From the NCBI GenBank assembly GCA_976226885.1, contig OZ320320.1:31434001-31498000 (forward strand): a stretch of DNA of 64,000 nucleotides, given 5' to 3'. Below the pieces are notes generated by a model, which saw only the letters and a list, made by a program, of their open reading frames with translations, ran no database searches and was not told the DNA's origin. This DNA comes from Iphione sp. A-MEVVRFRX5. Taxonomy: Eukaryota. A program made the translations under genes and the position numbers. This document shows positions 13,001 to 27,102 of the stretch, piece by piece (position 1 is the stretch's first letter; each line of letters begins with the position of its first letter).

Positions 13001-16000
13001 ACTAAAAATGGAAATATCTATGCATTATAGCGGCAGATATCTCACATCTAACATCAGGGGAAACCCACGCAAACATCACTATCAATGTCAATACAAATTT
13101 ACTGCGTTACATGTTGCCCGCCTAACGGATGTTCGGCTGATGTGAAGGCCAACTTATTCTACCTTCCTCTGGGTCCATTCAAAATTTGTCCATTTCTGCT
13201 GCTGAGATGAGAAGCAGTGTTGAATAATCCCTTGGCAATAACCCCTACTGATATCATTTCTATGTGGCTAAGCGCAAAACGATGTTTGTCCATATCGTGA
13301 GCAGTCAATCGGTAAATGGGGACCTCCCTGCAGACAAGTGGTCGACACACAGCAGAACAGTCAGTGTATGTGTGTGTTGTGGCAATCGCCAGAATAGGGC
13401 ATCGTGCAGTTCAAGGGAGTTCCTCAAGAATTGGAACATGGGTTCAAAACCTGGCTTTTTAAATTGATATCCTAAATACTTTTCCTCGGCAGCAGGTTGA
13501 TAGCCCGACTATGATGTTCCTATGTCATCCATGGGCAAATGTTTCATGTCGTAAATAGGTTTTCAGCCCAGACATCACTGCATTGGCCAATATTGAAAAG
13601 ATACTCGGGACGTCAGACAATAAAGGTCCAAGGGCATCGAGGCGAATGCAGTCTATATTCCATTACATCAACTTCCTCTAATTCGTAAATAGAGGGGTAA
13701 AACTGGGAACATATTGTGACTGGTCTTACTTACCTTTCGATAGGTGCTAGGAATTTATGCCTATCTTTGGTGAAAAAAGAAGTGAATCCCAAGAATCCCT
13801 ATGGCAAAATGAAAGCACATAATAAACGGACAGTGAATTTTATGTGGGGAGCAACTATATCAAAGCCACTGTCTTATAGGCAGTATGGTGGATAGGGAGT
13901 CTGCTTATATATCGACCTGTATCCTTAGAAACCTCATGCACCTCGGTTGACCTCATGTATGTCACCGGGGGACTATTCAGACCACAGTGGTGATGAAACT
14001 AGACCGCACGATCCTAATATTGGACAGAGAATCCTCCTATCGAGAGGGCAAGTCACATCTGCTCATTTACTTCCCACCACACCCTTCGTGAGATGGGGCC
14101 TTTGGGCTGGCCAGGCGCCGTTTTGGCTTCTTTTTCTGGCTTTCAACTGAAGCTCAGTTTTACCGAGTTACATACAAAGTCGAGTTGATGAGAAGGGGTT
14201 GTTAGGGGAAAGGGCCGGACAAAACCGTATTTGTAGTGCACTTGACTTGATTTCATCGTTCAAAGTGCAGCAACAAATGAGCCCAAAGGGTGAGCCAGTC
14301 CATTGCGTTTGGTGAACAAATTGAGCCTTTGTCCAAAGCCCTGTAGGCAGGGCGGCTCAGAGGCCCTTCTTCACAAGCTATTAGTGCGGGCTCAATGATA
14401 AGGCTTCTTCCCTGTGACCTGACGTGCTCTATCCACCACCTAGCCCTGTAGCCACTAGGGCACTATGTTAGGCTGACGTGGTGACCTTGTTCCCGGTTCA
14501 ACAATAAAACTAGCACATTTTCTTTGTAAGAAGTACGTCTTCTTAAGATGTTTGCTATCTCTGTGAACAGACAGACAATCTACTAACGACTGGCACCTGA
14601 TTGCCCCTTCAATTACTTGTAGGTGGCTTCTAACACTGCACATATTTTTCACAGAGCTTACGCCCTTCACTTCTTATGCTAGCAGGACACCAGGCCTTTG
14701 ACTATGGGACTCCATTCCCCATATGGAAGCCTATTGTCCTAATTAACACGGTCGGAGTTATTTACTCACCCAAACAACTTGTCGGTGGATTGCAGTTCCG
14801 AGGCCCTATTGAAGGGACGGATAGCTCAGTTCACCAATGAACACTTTTTCTACTTCATGAAATAAGAACACCTAAATATCTCTGCCACTGCTGACATTTG
14901 ACCTTGGATTCCAAGTTGTTTAACCTAACAATGAGCTTATATTCTCGTTTTTGACCTAGCCGTGCACTCATTATTCTACTTTATCTCCTCACCTAATTCA
15001 AGTCCAGAACAAACACATAGTCTTCAGATTTGTCCTCAAGCCATTCCTACATGACCTTCACTTGGACGGGGAAATTTGAGTTTTGTTAGATGAAACCAAC
15101 AGCAAAGAGCCCACTGCCTTGAGGACAATCCTTGGTTACTGGATTCCGATCTGAAAGATCATTTAGCCAAAGTGATAGTTCTAATAAAAATGAGGATGCA
15201 TGCATAGACATAATCTCTTCTGTAACCAAGGCCCATGATCCTTTTGGGGACTTAAAACTATTCCCTTGTCCTTGTTGTTGAAGTCAGCCATAAGCTCAGC
15301 CAAGAACTTCATGTATGATACGATCTCCAGAATTCCCCAGCAGCATTTTCCCATCTGACTTCTGGGCAAAGGGCACGAGGAATCCGCCGTCTAGTTAGGC
15401 CCCTTAGTAAATGATAGTCTCTTTCATACTCACGGGTCCCCTGGCTTCTACTCCCTGCTGTCAACAGCTCACAAGTACTTGGGATTTAGACATCGATAAA
15501 CGATTCCCAGGTAACATTTCGAAGTCCGGCTCCAGAAGTAGACTCCCCACCTCCCCCGTGTTCCCAGCCAGCCTTCGCAAGTCAAGCTTTCGTAGGGGCT
15601 CCCTGTCCGGCGGGACTCTCGCCAGCTAAGGCCGGCCTCAGGGGCGCCCTGCTCCTCCCCACATGATTGATCTTCCACGGCGTGCGTCTTAATTAGGTAT
15701 TGACATGTCTATCAGGCTCAGGACACCACCACCCAAACACAGCTAGGCCCCAGACAACGCCGACACCCCTTGCGTTGCTCCTGCTCCTGCAGGAGAAGAA
15801 CGACTCGAACTGGGCAAACCCATCTCCTTTATTGGTAGCTTTATCCATCGATTTCTTAAAATGACGGAATTGAACCCAAACTGCAAGTGATACGTGTTCC
15901 AAATGTAATAGGGTGTATATTGATATATATGCATATATCTGATTATATGCCTTTACTTCATATCTGACTCCATCCATTCTACCCTCTTTTGGACAGTGTC

Positions 16001-19000
16001 TCGCCATTGTCGATGGTGGTGGGCCTCCGTTGCAGGCTGCTTAATAGTAATGCAATCCTTTCGTGGCCTTTGCTTCGTGCGGCGAGGAGAAGGAGAGAGA
16101 ATATTAGCCATAGGGGAGGCGCACTGAATCTTTCTGCTATCGATCATCATATCGATGTGCGACGTTCGATGTGACAAATCTCACTTTGTAAAGGTCTTTT
16201 ATATCCGTGCCCTTCTCACCTCGGCCCTTGCCATGGCCCGAGAGCCGATGTTTGTCCCCGAACTGCTGTGTTTGGGAGACCTAACCCAGCAACATAAGAG
16301 CATAGTCATGTTAGTTGTTACGGCTAGAATCTACTATAGCCCTGGCCGCACCCTCCCCTGCATCGATTATCTATGAAATATGGACAAAGCTTTTTCCCCG
16401 TCTCTACGAGCAGTCCCCAGATACGTATGTCGAACCTTAGAGTGCATACGCCCAGTTCTGCCCCTCCGTGTCAAACCTGCTACCATGCAATCGATATTGA
16501 CCATGCCTCTAATACACGAGGCTTCCAGGGAGGTCTGCAGGATAGCTAGAATTAAATAGAATGAGGGATGAAACGAGACCTTTGCCCACTGTTATGTTAT
16601 GTTTGGTTTGTTTGGCATATAAAGGCGAATTTACTGTGTGTGTAGCTCAAACTGTTTGTACGTGTCACTATACATCTGCCTGTGCCAATGCTCGTTCTAC
16701 TGTTAGAAAGTATGTATTAGTGGTCGTTGTTTTTGGATGAGGTTGTTTGTGTGTCTAGATTCCTTTCGTTATCCGAGTAGGATTGTGCGACTTAAACATT
16801 GTTCCTAAGCGTGTATCGCTGTGTAAGTATATGTTTGAATTGGAGCACACAACGGATCATTTTCTCAGAGTACTACCTGATGGTAAAGCTCCGTTTGAAA
16901 TACTTGATGTACTTTTCAACTACACCAGTCTCACATCTCTACTATCTAATCCAGAGTGCACTGTGTTGGCAGACCACCTCTAGTGATGGGGTCGACTCCT
17001 TTTCTATTCATCTGCCTTGGAACAGGAATCCTATAGGAATAGTTTGGTGTGCCCCACTACCCCTGGTGTAGAACCTAATTGGGCTGGAGCATTTCGAGGG
17101 GCTGCACACTATGGGATTATGCCACCTTCTGTAGCAGGGTTTAGCAATTAAGGGAAATGTATGCAAATGGACCGTCAGTCTTACATCAATCGCCACTGAT
17201 GATTTTTAATGTGTTTACGTCATTTATTATTGTCGGTGTTAAATTTTTTATTCTTAATGTAATAAAACAGAATGTGCGGTAGAAACTAATCCTGGAGGCA
17301 ACACAACTAGGAGGTCAGATCGTAATGAAGATTTTGTTGTTGTAACTGTTCTTCTTATTAGTTAGAAAGGTTAGATGATGCACTACAGAGAAAGTACACG
17401 ATGTGTGTCCACTATAGGAGCTTTAGAGTTATGAAGAATTAAGGTACAGAGAAAAGAAGGGAACGTTTAATCAACCTAATAGGGCAACGCAGCCAAATAG
17501 TGTGTAGTGAACATGATATGTGTGGTGCCATGTTCACAAACTGTGCCTATCTGCACATGACTTTCAACAAGTAGTCCCGTGCGAAGCACAAACTACCCAG
17601 AGCTGTTAAGCAACAGTAACCGCAGCCAGTTATGCGTAGAGGTAGGCCAAAGATCACGACCAGAGGACTCGGATATTGTATACAATGTACTAAGATCCAA
17701 TCAACCGAAGTCATCATGACTCAGGAGAAGGTGGATGCTCGAGGCATATCGAAATGGTAATGTCTCGACATTACAGTCTATTACTCGATTCCTTTCGCTT
17801 TTTAGTCGGACTATTCTACTACAGCAAAATGCAATCCGTCAACGGTCCACCATTAGAGATACAGTACATGTCGATAGTATAGACTCGATAAGAATCCTAT
17901 TCTCGCTCTCTTGATCTTGCATAATTTGGTTTATATTCACTAAGTGTGTAAGTCATCATGAATGATTTCAAATGGTTCTGATTTGATTTGATTTGCGTCT
18001 ATTAACCTTCTCGCAATACAGGAGTTTTTCAAGATTAATTGCAAAATATAGGTAGCATGCACAAGTCGATAATGCACATTTCTCAATGTTCTCAATAAAT
18101 ATTTCAATACTTATTCATGCACATTGAAAACAAAGGGTATTTTCACACAAACAAAAGTACGTATCTGAATCGGAATATTAGTCGATGTCCCTTTTTTCTC
18201 TTATCACTCTCCATATACATGTACATTAAGGTTGTCCTCATCGAGAGATCTGAATATGAAATATAGACAAATAACTGAACCTCCGTTCATACAACGCCAG
18301 CATGACGATGATGCATTTCAGCTATTAATTTCTTTCTCTAGTGTCCTGTGCTCTGTCAGTCCCCCGGCTTAGCTCACCGGCAGTGATTTCAACCCGAAGA
18401 TGGATGAGAAACTAGTATTATCCGTTGTTCACAGGCGGAACTTGCTGTAAAATTCAGATGTGAATAAACAATATCAGCGTGAATGTGGAGGATACTAGAA
18501 TGGTACTAAAATTTTCAGTCGGCAAGATCGTCTTGCTACCATCAAGTGAGTCTGCATGAATGACGTACTTGTAATTCAAGATGAGCAAGGCCCACTCGAC
18601 GTCAGAGCAGTAGGAATCAAACCATCGACCTATCACATAGCCGACCTATGCCCTACTATAGAGCCTGCATGATTCCCTCTTTCGTAAGTGACCCAGTGCA
18701 CGGGTGCTTTAACGTTAGGGAAAGCCGTGGTTTCTGGTGAATACGTGCTGGATGCGCAAGCGTCTGGCGGACAATTGATTCCGATTGGTGAAAGGCCATT
18801 CGCTATTTTTAAAGTCTTCTAGCTTCGACCTGCCGCGCTCACTGAATGACAGTCAGACAACCGCAAAGCCTCCCGACACAAGGCTTGGATTCTATCATGG
18901 GTATTGCCTTAGACATCGAGGTACAGGGGCCAGAAAGCGCTTTCGCCCTAAATAATGAACATATATATATATACATAAGATGCATGTATTATTATGTATA

Positions 19001-22000
19001 TTGACTTGTATCTTTTGTGCCCACTGGAAGTAGAATTAAGATTTTCTTTAACAATTTCTTTCCAAATTGCCCATTTGAAAGTTTGGCTGGGGCTTCCGAT
19101 CGATGAGTGGCTCCTGGCTAAAAAGATTTTACGGTAGAACTCAGGGATGGTGGAGAAGGAGACAGCAGAAGTGAAGAGGGAGGGGAGATCGTCCAATTGG
19201 CTTTCACTCTCCTGACACACGGCGTTTCAGTCCAATTAGGTTGCGCGACGTTGAATTGCCAGCGACGGGCGGTGCCTTCCAATTCGTGGGGAATATCAAC
19301 GAACATTCAGATCAGGTCGCAGTTGGGTATTAGACACAGATAACCGGAGAGAGGCGATCCCTCCCAGTTCAGACATACTCTCTGCAGAAAAGGAGATTTC
19401 AAGAGAGAAATTGGCTAAATATTTAATGATGGCTTAGTGATTATTTTAGAGGGTGAGTGAGGCTGCTTGGGGACATTGGTTGGAATGTGTATTATTTCGA
19501 AATGTTGGTGTGCCCCTCTGGAAATTGGATACTGTCGAATTTCTTTCAAGTCCTAGAACGCTATGAAGGCGTCGGAAATATGAATTTCATGCCAAGAACT
19601 ATTCTTAGTTCATGTGCTAGCCGGCGCTAACAACTGAGAAGGGTCTGGTGTCTGACTGACAGGAAACATGATCTCTTCGTTTGTGAAAGTACAGACAGGA
19701 CAGAAAGCAATGATAGTCTCGCCAGTTTCATTTCGAATAAAGGCTTGGGTTTTGTAGTAAAAATCATCAGCTTCTACACTTACCCCCGTCGGGAGTCATT
19801 GATGATAAACGGTAAATTCTTGAATACGAGCTGACAGTAATGTAGCTTCGATCAGTTTCAATTATTGACTCAGAAACGTGGATTGGCAGAGGTGAAAAAT
19901 GGCTGATATAAGCATTGAGTAACACCAATATATTGACCGTTTATGAACAATTCAAGACAGCATTAGTACATCATCACAGATAAAAATGATACATGGCCGA
20001 AGTGAGATACACATGTAATAACATGCTCAGAAATGTTTGCTCCTTTCAAAGGTAATCCCTGAAAAGATGACAGCCCCAAACCAACAAAGATTGCAGCAAC
20101 GATACCTGAAGCAGTATATCAGGTGCCAGGAATGGCTTAATCTCTGGCTGCCTGTGCTGCTTATTCCGGCAGAAGGACGCTGTCAGGCTGTCGGACCCCC
20201 TAGAGTAGCCTTCCGGAGAAGTGTTATCACGAGTCACTCGTTCGCCTCGACGTCTGAACTACAAAGGTCAGAGGTGAACCGAAACGCCTCTGCCATAGCA
20301 TCCTCGTCAGTCCCCAAGGGAGAGCCAGAATAGGGCCGGGCCACCGGGCTAAACGAGCACTCGACAATGAGCAGACTATTTGGGGACAATACCGAGCTGA
20401 GTTGCTCAACAGGCGGTTGATAGGGGGGGGAAATTGTAGGAGAGAATAGGCGGTATTTTCTTATACACTGAAGGACCGGGAACTTAGGTTCAGGCGGTTG
20501 GTCAGATCTCTGCAAGATTGGTCGACTTTTCAATATCAAATCTATCTGATGGGAAGTCCGGAAGGATGGAGATCTCTATTGTTTGGCAGATTCATGAGGA
20601 TAACACTAAAAAAATAAATACGACTGTAACACATATGATTTTGATAGTAATCAGTCAATTTTTAAAGTGAATATGAAAAAGACGTTAAGAACTTAGGATG
20701 GACATAACTGAGTAAGGTGAAAACCACAGTGGTAGAGTACAAGAAAAGAGATAACATGAGGAAACTGAACTAGGATTCTGGAATCTACATGAATTAGTTA
20801 TGTCTTTTTTGTAGTATGTAGAGGGTCATACCGCAGCACAGAAAGATTTAGGTTTACTCCTAACCTCTTTCAGACCGTCTCTCAGAATATTATGTCGGTT
20901 TCAAGTAGAGGAAACATGGGTAAGTTTGCGGCATGGTAACAGGTCCCCTGGAAGCTTTGAAGATGGGAGATATCCATGTCCATCGCAAGAAACGTGTCCT
21001 CTGTGTTGATGTGAGCTGTTAGATAGAGATACGTTTTATTAGTAAGGTATCATTTCAGAGGATCGGCAAGAGGGCTCTTGAGTAAAGCTATCATGTTATT
21101 GTCACTTCCTCGGATTAAAATGAATGCAAACACGGTTTGTATGAATAGCGAGAAAACGACAAGTATCATACATATTCATGTTTGTGTTTTCGCCGCATTG
21201 CAGTGGACAGATGCGCACCGTATCTAACGCGACAGAATAAGTAACAATGAAATTCGTAGACTTAAGAACTGCTTAAAAACCCAGCTAATACACCTAAATT
21301 TGTGCTGAAACATTGGATGCATGGTTAATTGAAATCGGAATTTTCAGTTTACGTTATTTTTAGGTGATGTGAGTATCAAGGATAGACGTATTTCCCTTGC
21401 AATTTTAGGCACGTCTTACCTTGCTGCAATTAATATATTGTGTAAACGACCCTTTTTGAAACTGTACTTTCCACCGTAGAGAGGAGCAAGTTCCTACTTC
21501 AGAGACATGATAAATAGGAGCGATATCTTGAGAGCGAGAAGTTTATCCAAGGAGCCGAATCAACAATGTATTGAGTTACAGATTAAAGTGAGCAAATAAT
21601 GAGAGCAGAGAAAAGCAGGAGAGCTGCTCACTCTTGCTTCCGTGAGCAGAACAGGAAATTTAAGGACAAAGGACTTCATAACTTGATTTTGTCTGCGGCG
21701 AGCTGTTGTTCACGCTGTTGGTTGTGTGGGCTCGTGTTACATGCAGACATTGTTGGGACGAAGGCCACTTCGTCATCTTGTTTACTTTATTTTTAATATG
21801 CACCAAGGAAGAGCGGCTCCTATGATAGGGGCTGTCGTCGTAAATCATTTCGAGCTGAGATGTATTACGAAGTCTTATTTCCTAGGTCCTTACCTTATCC
21901 ACTCCCCCGACTCTGACTTTGACACCCCTGAAGGACCTTACTTAGTTCTCTCCATATTACACACTTCGGACTGTCTCCCGATGATTTGGTTTTTATCCGC

Positions 22001-25000
22001 GTGGCTTTAATACCCTTTATTTTGCCACTTTTGTTGTTATTCTTTATTGTAGAGATACGGCGCTTCATATACAAAGATGCAGGGTTACTAATTTTAGTAC
22101 ATCCTAGTATGTACTATAGAAGTCTGAAGTATGCGGAAAGGAGAGTGATTTGTTGAGTTAGTAAAATATGTTTGAATTGCCACATTACGTGAGATGCATT
22201 CAGCCTGGCAATAGTCTTGTAAAGAAGCCATGGAAGCTCGGTATCTTCAGGATTTGCACATATTCTCCTCATGTGTTCAAATCAAAGAAAGAGGCCTGAC
22301 TTGATGGAACTCTCCGTATTTTCTCGGCTGGGAAATGTCAAAACTTGGGTCACCTTGAGTTGTTTGTAGGTAGGGTATTAGTCACTTTAGTATGACAGCA
22401 TACGTGTATATGAGCATATACATGACTCTGTATATATCAAATGGTGCCAAGGTACAGCATAATTATACCGCTGGCTTATAGTAAATGTCCCAGTAATTGT
22501 TTTTGTCGCTTTTGCCAAGATAACTAATTTTTAAAGTACATTCTTACAGATTAATCTCCATAAAAAAGATTTATTATCAATCTTTGGTACATGTCATCAC
22601 CAGATCCACTGTATGCACGATAGACGAATCCGTTAAATAATCGATGCATAGTGGGCATGTGCCTCACAATACATTTTTACCAATGTTGGTCTGCGTCCAT
22701 ATATTCAGACGTGTCAGTCAATCTTTACCTCGATCTACGGTAACGTTTTCCTAGCCTCTCTAAATTATCCACACTTTGAAAACATCTTTAGCTATAATCC
22801 TTGTCTACATCTCCAACACTTCCCGAATGCCTGCCCTCCAACGTTTCCTCCCTGTAGAGAGTCCTTTCAGTAGCCTAGCTATATCTAGATTCTTTCCCCT
22901 TCGGCCTCTTTATCTCACTCACTCTGTCTCGCCATCTTTCCTCACTCTGCCCCTCAGATTCTGTGCTCCTCATTCCGTCAGTTTCCCCATCAGTTGTACT
23001 AAATTAAAATGAGTCTATGTTTTGCTCCTTTTTTGCCTCTCGTTAGTAATAAACCCTACCACTTTCCTTTTCGCAGGTTTTCGCTGCATCCTCTCCTTTC
23101 CACATACCCCATTATAACCCCAAACCTTTGCCCATTTTTGCCATTCCAAATTTACCTCCTTTACTCCGGCATTCCTATTGAGTTTCTACCCCCAACACCT
23201 TCTCCACTTAGCGACCTGTTCACTATCCTGCCCTGTCTCCCAACCTCCGAGCCAGGGGAACCGAGCGATCTGTTCTCTCCAAATGTTTATCCTGCAAGTG
23301 GCCAAATTCCTGTCGCGGCTATTTATCTCTTGCGACTTTTAATAAAAGAGAGAGGGAGAGCAATGACGCCGGCATCGCCTCTCTGCCAGACACAGGAGGA
23401 GCTGCAGGAGGAAAAGGAGCAGGGGGAGGCTTGATGGTGTCCGACTTTTATTGTTGTTGTCGCCCGGCGGGCTTCGAAGCTCTTGATCCCCTCTCGCGCG
23501 CTTCTCCGAAATGGCGCGCGCGGAAAAGGACGCTAGGCAGACGACAATTTTCGCCGCTTTACCCTACTTTGCGGCGCCAGAGGATGTGATTAAGTATTCT
23601 TTCCTGAGAAAGAGGCGTTTGTCATCCTGGTGCTTAGAAGTCGGCGATTAGCAGGTGCTTGTTGGAGGCTCTTCGAAAACGCTGTACAATTGGACGCCCT
23701 CCTTAATGGCAATATACGCCACCATGGTTCATGTGTGTGGGTGGGCTGTTTGTTGTAGGGGAGGGTGTGCCAGGGTGTCTTTATGCATGTGCGTGTGTTT
23801 CCTTTGGTAGGAATGTAGTCTATCAATCAATGGGATCTAATTAGATTCTTTTTTCACTAAAACCAACATGGCCACACAGAGAGTACAAATGTCCTGCTGG
23901 GATCGACAGTCGTGTAATGTGTTGTTGGATTTTGAGATTGATAATTAAAAATACAAATTCACATGACGAAAGGTGAAATGTGCTTCATTTCGTAAATGGG
24001 AAAACTTTACAATGTAGTCCCATTCAGATACTCATCTTATATAAATGTAGTTACATGATATAGAAAACAAATCCCTAAAGAATTTATAGATGCGGATTAT
24101 TTTTATCATGGCAAGGTGGAGAGATACAATCTTAACAATACAGTTGTTCCTCTTGTCTCGTATACATATCATACATTATCTATACTGACGAGGGAATAAA
24201 GTAACCCACGCATTTAATTCTATGTAGATCAGTAACAAACGCTGACTGCGGCATCACAAACGCCATTTCGACCTCACTAATACGCACGCATTACGCACTG
24301 ATGTCTTAGTCGTTTGATACAAGGCTCTACCAGTGGAGCAGGTAAACGACGAGCCCTTTGATGTCAAGCTGTAACATGATGTTTACCCTGACACCCTTTC
24401 CTTTATTTGCTCGGCAGTGCCAGACCATTGCCAGGACTGGTCCGAGTTGGCCTTTCTGCGACTAGCAGGCGCTGTCTGTATGAGAGACGCTGAGACGAGG
24501 AAAAAGGGGTTGTACATAGAATGAAATGGGGGCATGGATGGAGGGGAGGGCATAACAAGGGACCTGTGGGAGTGGCAAGAAAGTAAGGAGTGATGAAGAG
24601 GGTGGAGAGAAGAGAAGAGCAGACGTGAAGAAGAGGTGGAAATAGGTGAAAGCATCTTGAAATACGGGGAAAGGAACCCGGGAACCCAAGGGATGAGGAC
24701 AACCAGAAATGTGGATGGGGAGTAAAGTGGAGGAGAGGGAGACTTAGGATCGTACTCAGCGCATGGTATACCTCATGCTCCCGGAAAAACTGTACAGTTG
24801 TAAGAATACGAACCAGACGTAGATGACCTACCTGAGCATTTCATTGCTATAGAATTCAAGTGCATATTTAATGTTACGATGTTGATGGTTTCGGCTGACG
24901 ATTACAATATTGTTGATGTCAGCAGGGTAAATCAGTGTGATCCCAACAGGGGTTAGATATGTATCGGCCCATCTTTATTCATGAGGTCCTCATGCCTCCC

Positions 25001-26629
25001 CTCTTGCCATCAAACGTCCTCTGCATTCACTGGCAGTTTGTGGCCTCCATTGACCAGAGGCACCACACAATGGCTTGTAGCCAGCCAGTCACAAAGTGAC
25101 CGCCGCTTTGAACTGTGCACATCCTTTCTAGACGAGTGTCATCTGCCTCGGCCTATCTCTGTCATTCATAGAGGACCCAGAGCAATCCGGGAGCAGAATA
25201 GAGTCATTCGATAACCCTTTCTCTTTTGACGATTGATATGGGGTTGTGAGAAAAGAGAAATATACATTCGATTACACCCGAGGATTTTTATTGCCATTGG
25301 CGTTATAGTCTTCGAAAACAAAAAGAATTTGTGGAAAAAAGAAGGAAACATAATTCGATACGTTAGCGCTTGCAAAAGGGAGAGATAGCAGTAAAGTATT
25401 TTGTGGCCTTCATAGAAAATCTTTTCTGATAATAAGTCTACAAAAACTAATATGGCTTGTCCTTTGCGTGAACGAGGATGAGAACAATGACTTTGAGATC
25501 CACACAACTGTAGTACACCATTCAGAATCCACTAAGACCTACGGTTGAGGTAAAACGGAAATGAAATAGTGACATTTTTTACCTATAACATGGCTTTCAA
25601 GAAAAGCCTTTTTGCAGCAATGGTATATTTTATATATGTAGAGGAAAGTTAAGTGGTGGGAAGAAGAAAAAGAGAGAAAGCGATAAAAGAGGGATAAAGA
25701 GGTACACAAAGAAACAGAAACCATGACAGACAGAAAAGAAAATAAAGATCTAGGTTAGAAAGGCTTTCTCAGAAAGCAATGAGGACTCTGTGGAGACAGT
25801 TAGATGAAGGAGATTAGTACTGTAAACTGAAGACAGTGGGTTGCAGGCAAAACCTGTTAAGGGTATAGGAAACTTGAGGAAAACAGTCATACAATGTAAC
25901 ATACGACTATGGAGATTGCTGGATTAAATAAATAATATAAAGAAGAGGACCACGAGAGCTAAAGATTAGCGGTTTAGTAAACGTCAATGTTTGCGCCAGA
26001 AGCTGTGGATAGTAAAGAAATAAGAGCAACAGGGCCAGGATTCTGGTGACAGGTTCAGGTTTTCTGTAGGCAAATACAGACAGGTGAGGCAGTGGTTTCA
26101 TTGAGTCTGATGAACCAGAGTCCTTAGAGAATGACGAGAAAAAAAAATAGCTATATACAGTATATACATGTATACAGATCTGACTAGAAACATAATATTT
26201 TATAATACAGACAAGAGGCACAAGTATAGAGTTAGGCCACAGGTAAATTCACCTGGTATATTAAACCAGCTGGTGGCTCAGGTGGCGGCCCCGGCCGCCG
26301 CCATCGGACAGGTGGTACGAACCCACCTGGGAGATGCACCTGTCGTTCTCCTCTCGCCCTGGAGGGGGTCTCTCCTAGGGATGTTTACCGGAGGTATGTA
26401 CTGGAGGAATGACGGTGGAGCTAGAGCTGAGGTTCACTTCGGTAGAGGTCAGAGGAGAACGTAGCGGTACGCAGCACGCTGGGACAGCCCAAGGTCACAG
26501 CCACGTCAAGACCTATTTCAACAGACGGGGCGGATGTGCTGTGGTGTCCAGATTTCAAACGTTCAGAATAATGAAAACGTCTTGGTACCTTTGTTGTTGT
26601 TTTTGGATGGAAACATTATTTCATCTTAA

Positions 26630-27102
26630 AGGTTTACCATCTTCAAGCTGCTTGCTCAGTGAATTTAAACAATTCATTGTATTTCGAACGATGAATCCAT
26701 CCCTCCGGGTTTCTAATGCTTTCAATTGATAACAAATGCCAGCATTTGTGTGCCCCTAATGTTGCACTCCGATCTTCCATTGGGCGCAGACAATACAAAA
26801 TGTTATTTATAAATGAATGCAATCTAAAACGAAATCCCCCGGCTTTTATTTTTTACTTAGTACGCAACCCCTCAAAACAGATAGAATCAGGAGACAATTC
26901 CACTGTCTCCTGGCTCACATAGAGGTTCTTAATACAAAGCAAGCTTATTGGGAGTTCATATGTGGGCCGGTCTTAGAAGGCCAAATCCAACACACCTACA
27001 TAAGTGACTACTGGTTTCCTTCCAAAATGTCTATGACATTTTTTCCATACCTATGATTTCTTATTAAAAGTAGCTTACAAGATGCGTTTTAGGGATATAC
27101 CT
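26630..27102. mobile_element. Possible Kolobok-type non-autonomous element
   Basis: TTAA|AGGTTTACC at the left end and GGATATACCT|TTAA at the right: TTAA flanks with AG termini, but only 7/9 inverted identity. Could be chance. Confidence 0.3.

Noticed and set aside
20234-20539. Minus-strand ORF containing EDAMAEAFRF, resembling the GRIK EELAFRFAV motif
   Set aside because: Wrong strand for the gene, and the flanking residues do not match the ATD. Chance similarity.
26472-26487. CAGCAC-gctg-GGACAG resembling a REST/NRSF RE1 site
   Set aside because: The spacer is one base too long and the left half lacks the conserved CAGCACC. I saw no canonical RE1 anywhere in the window.
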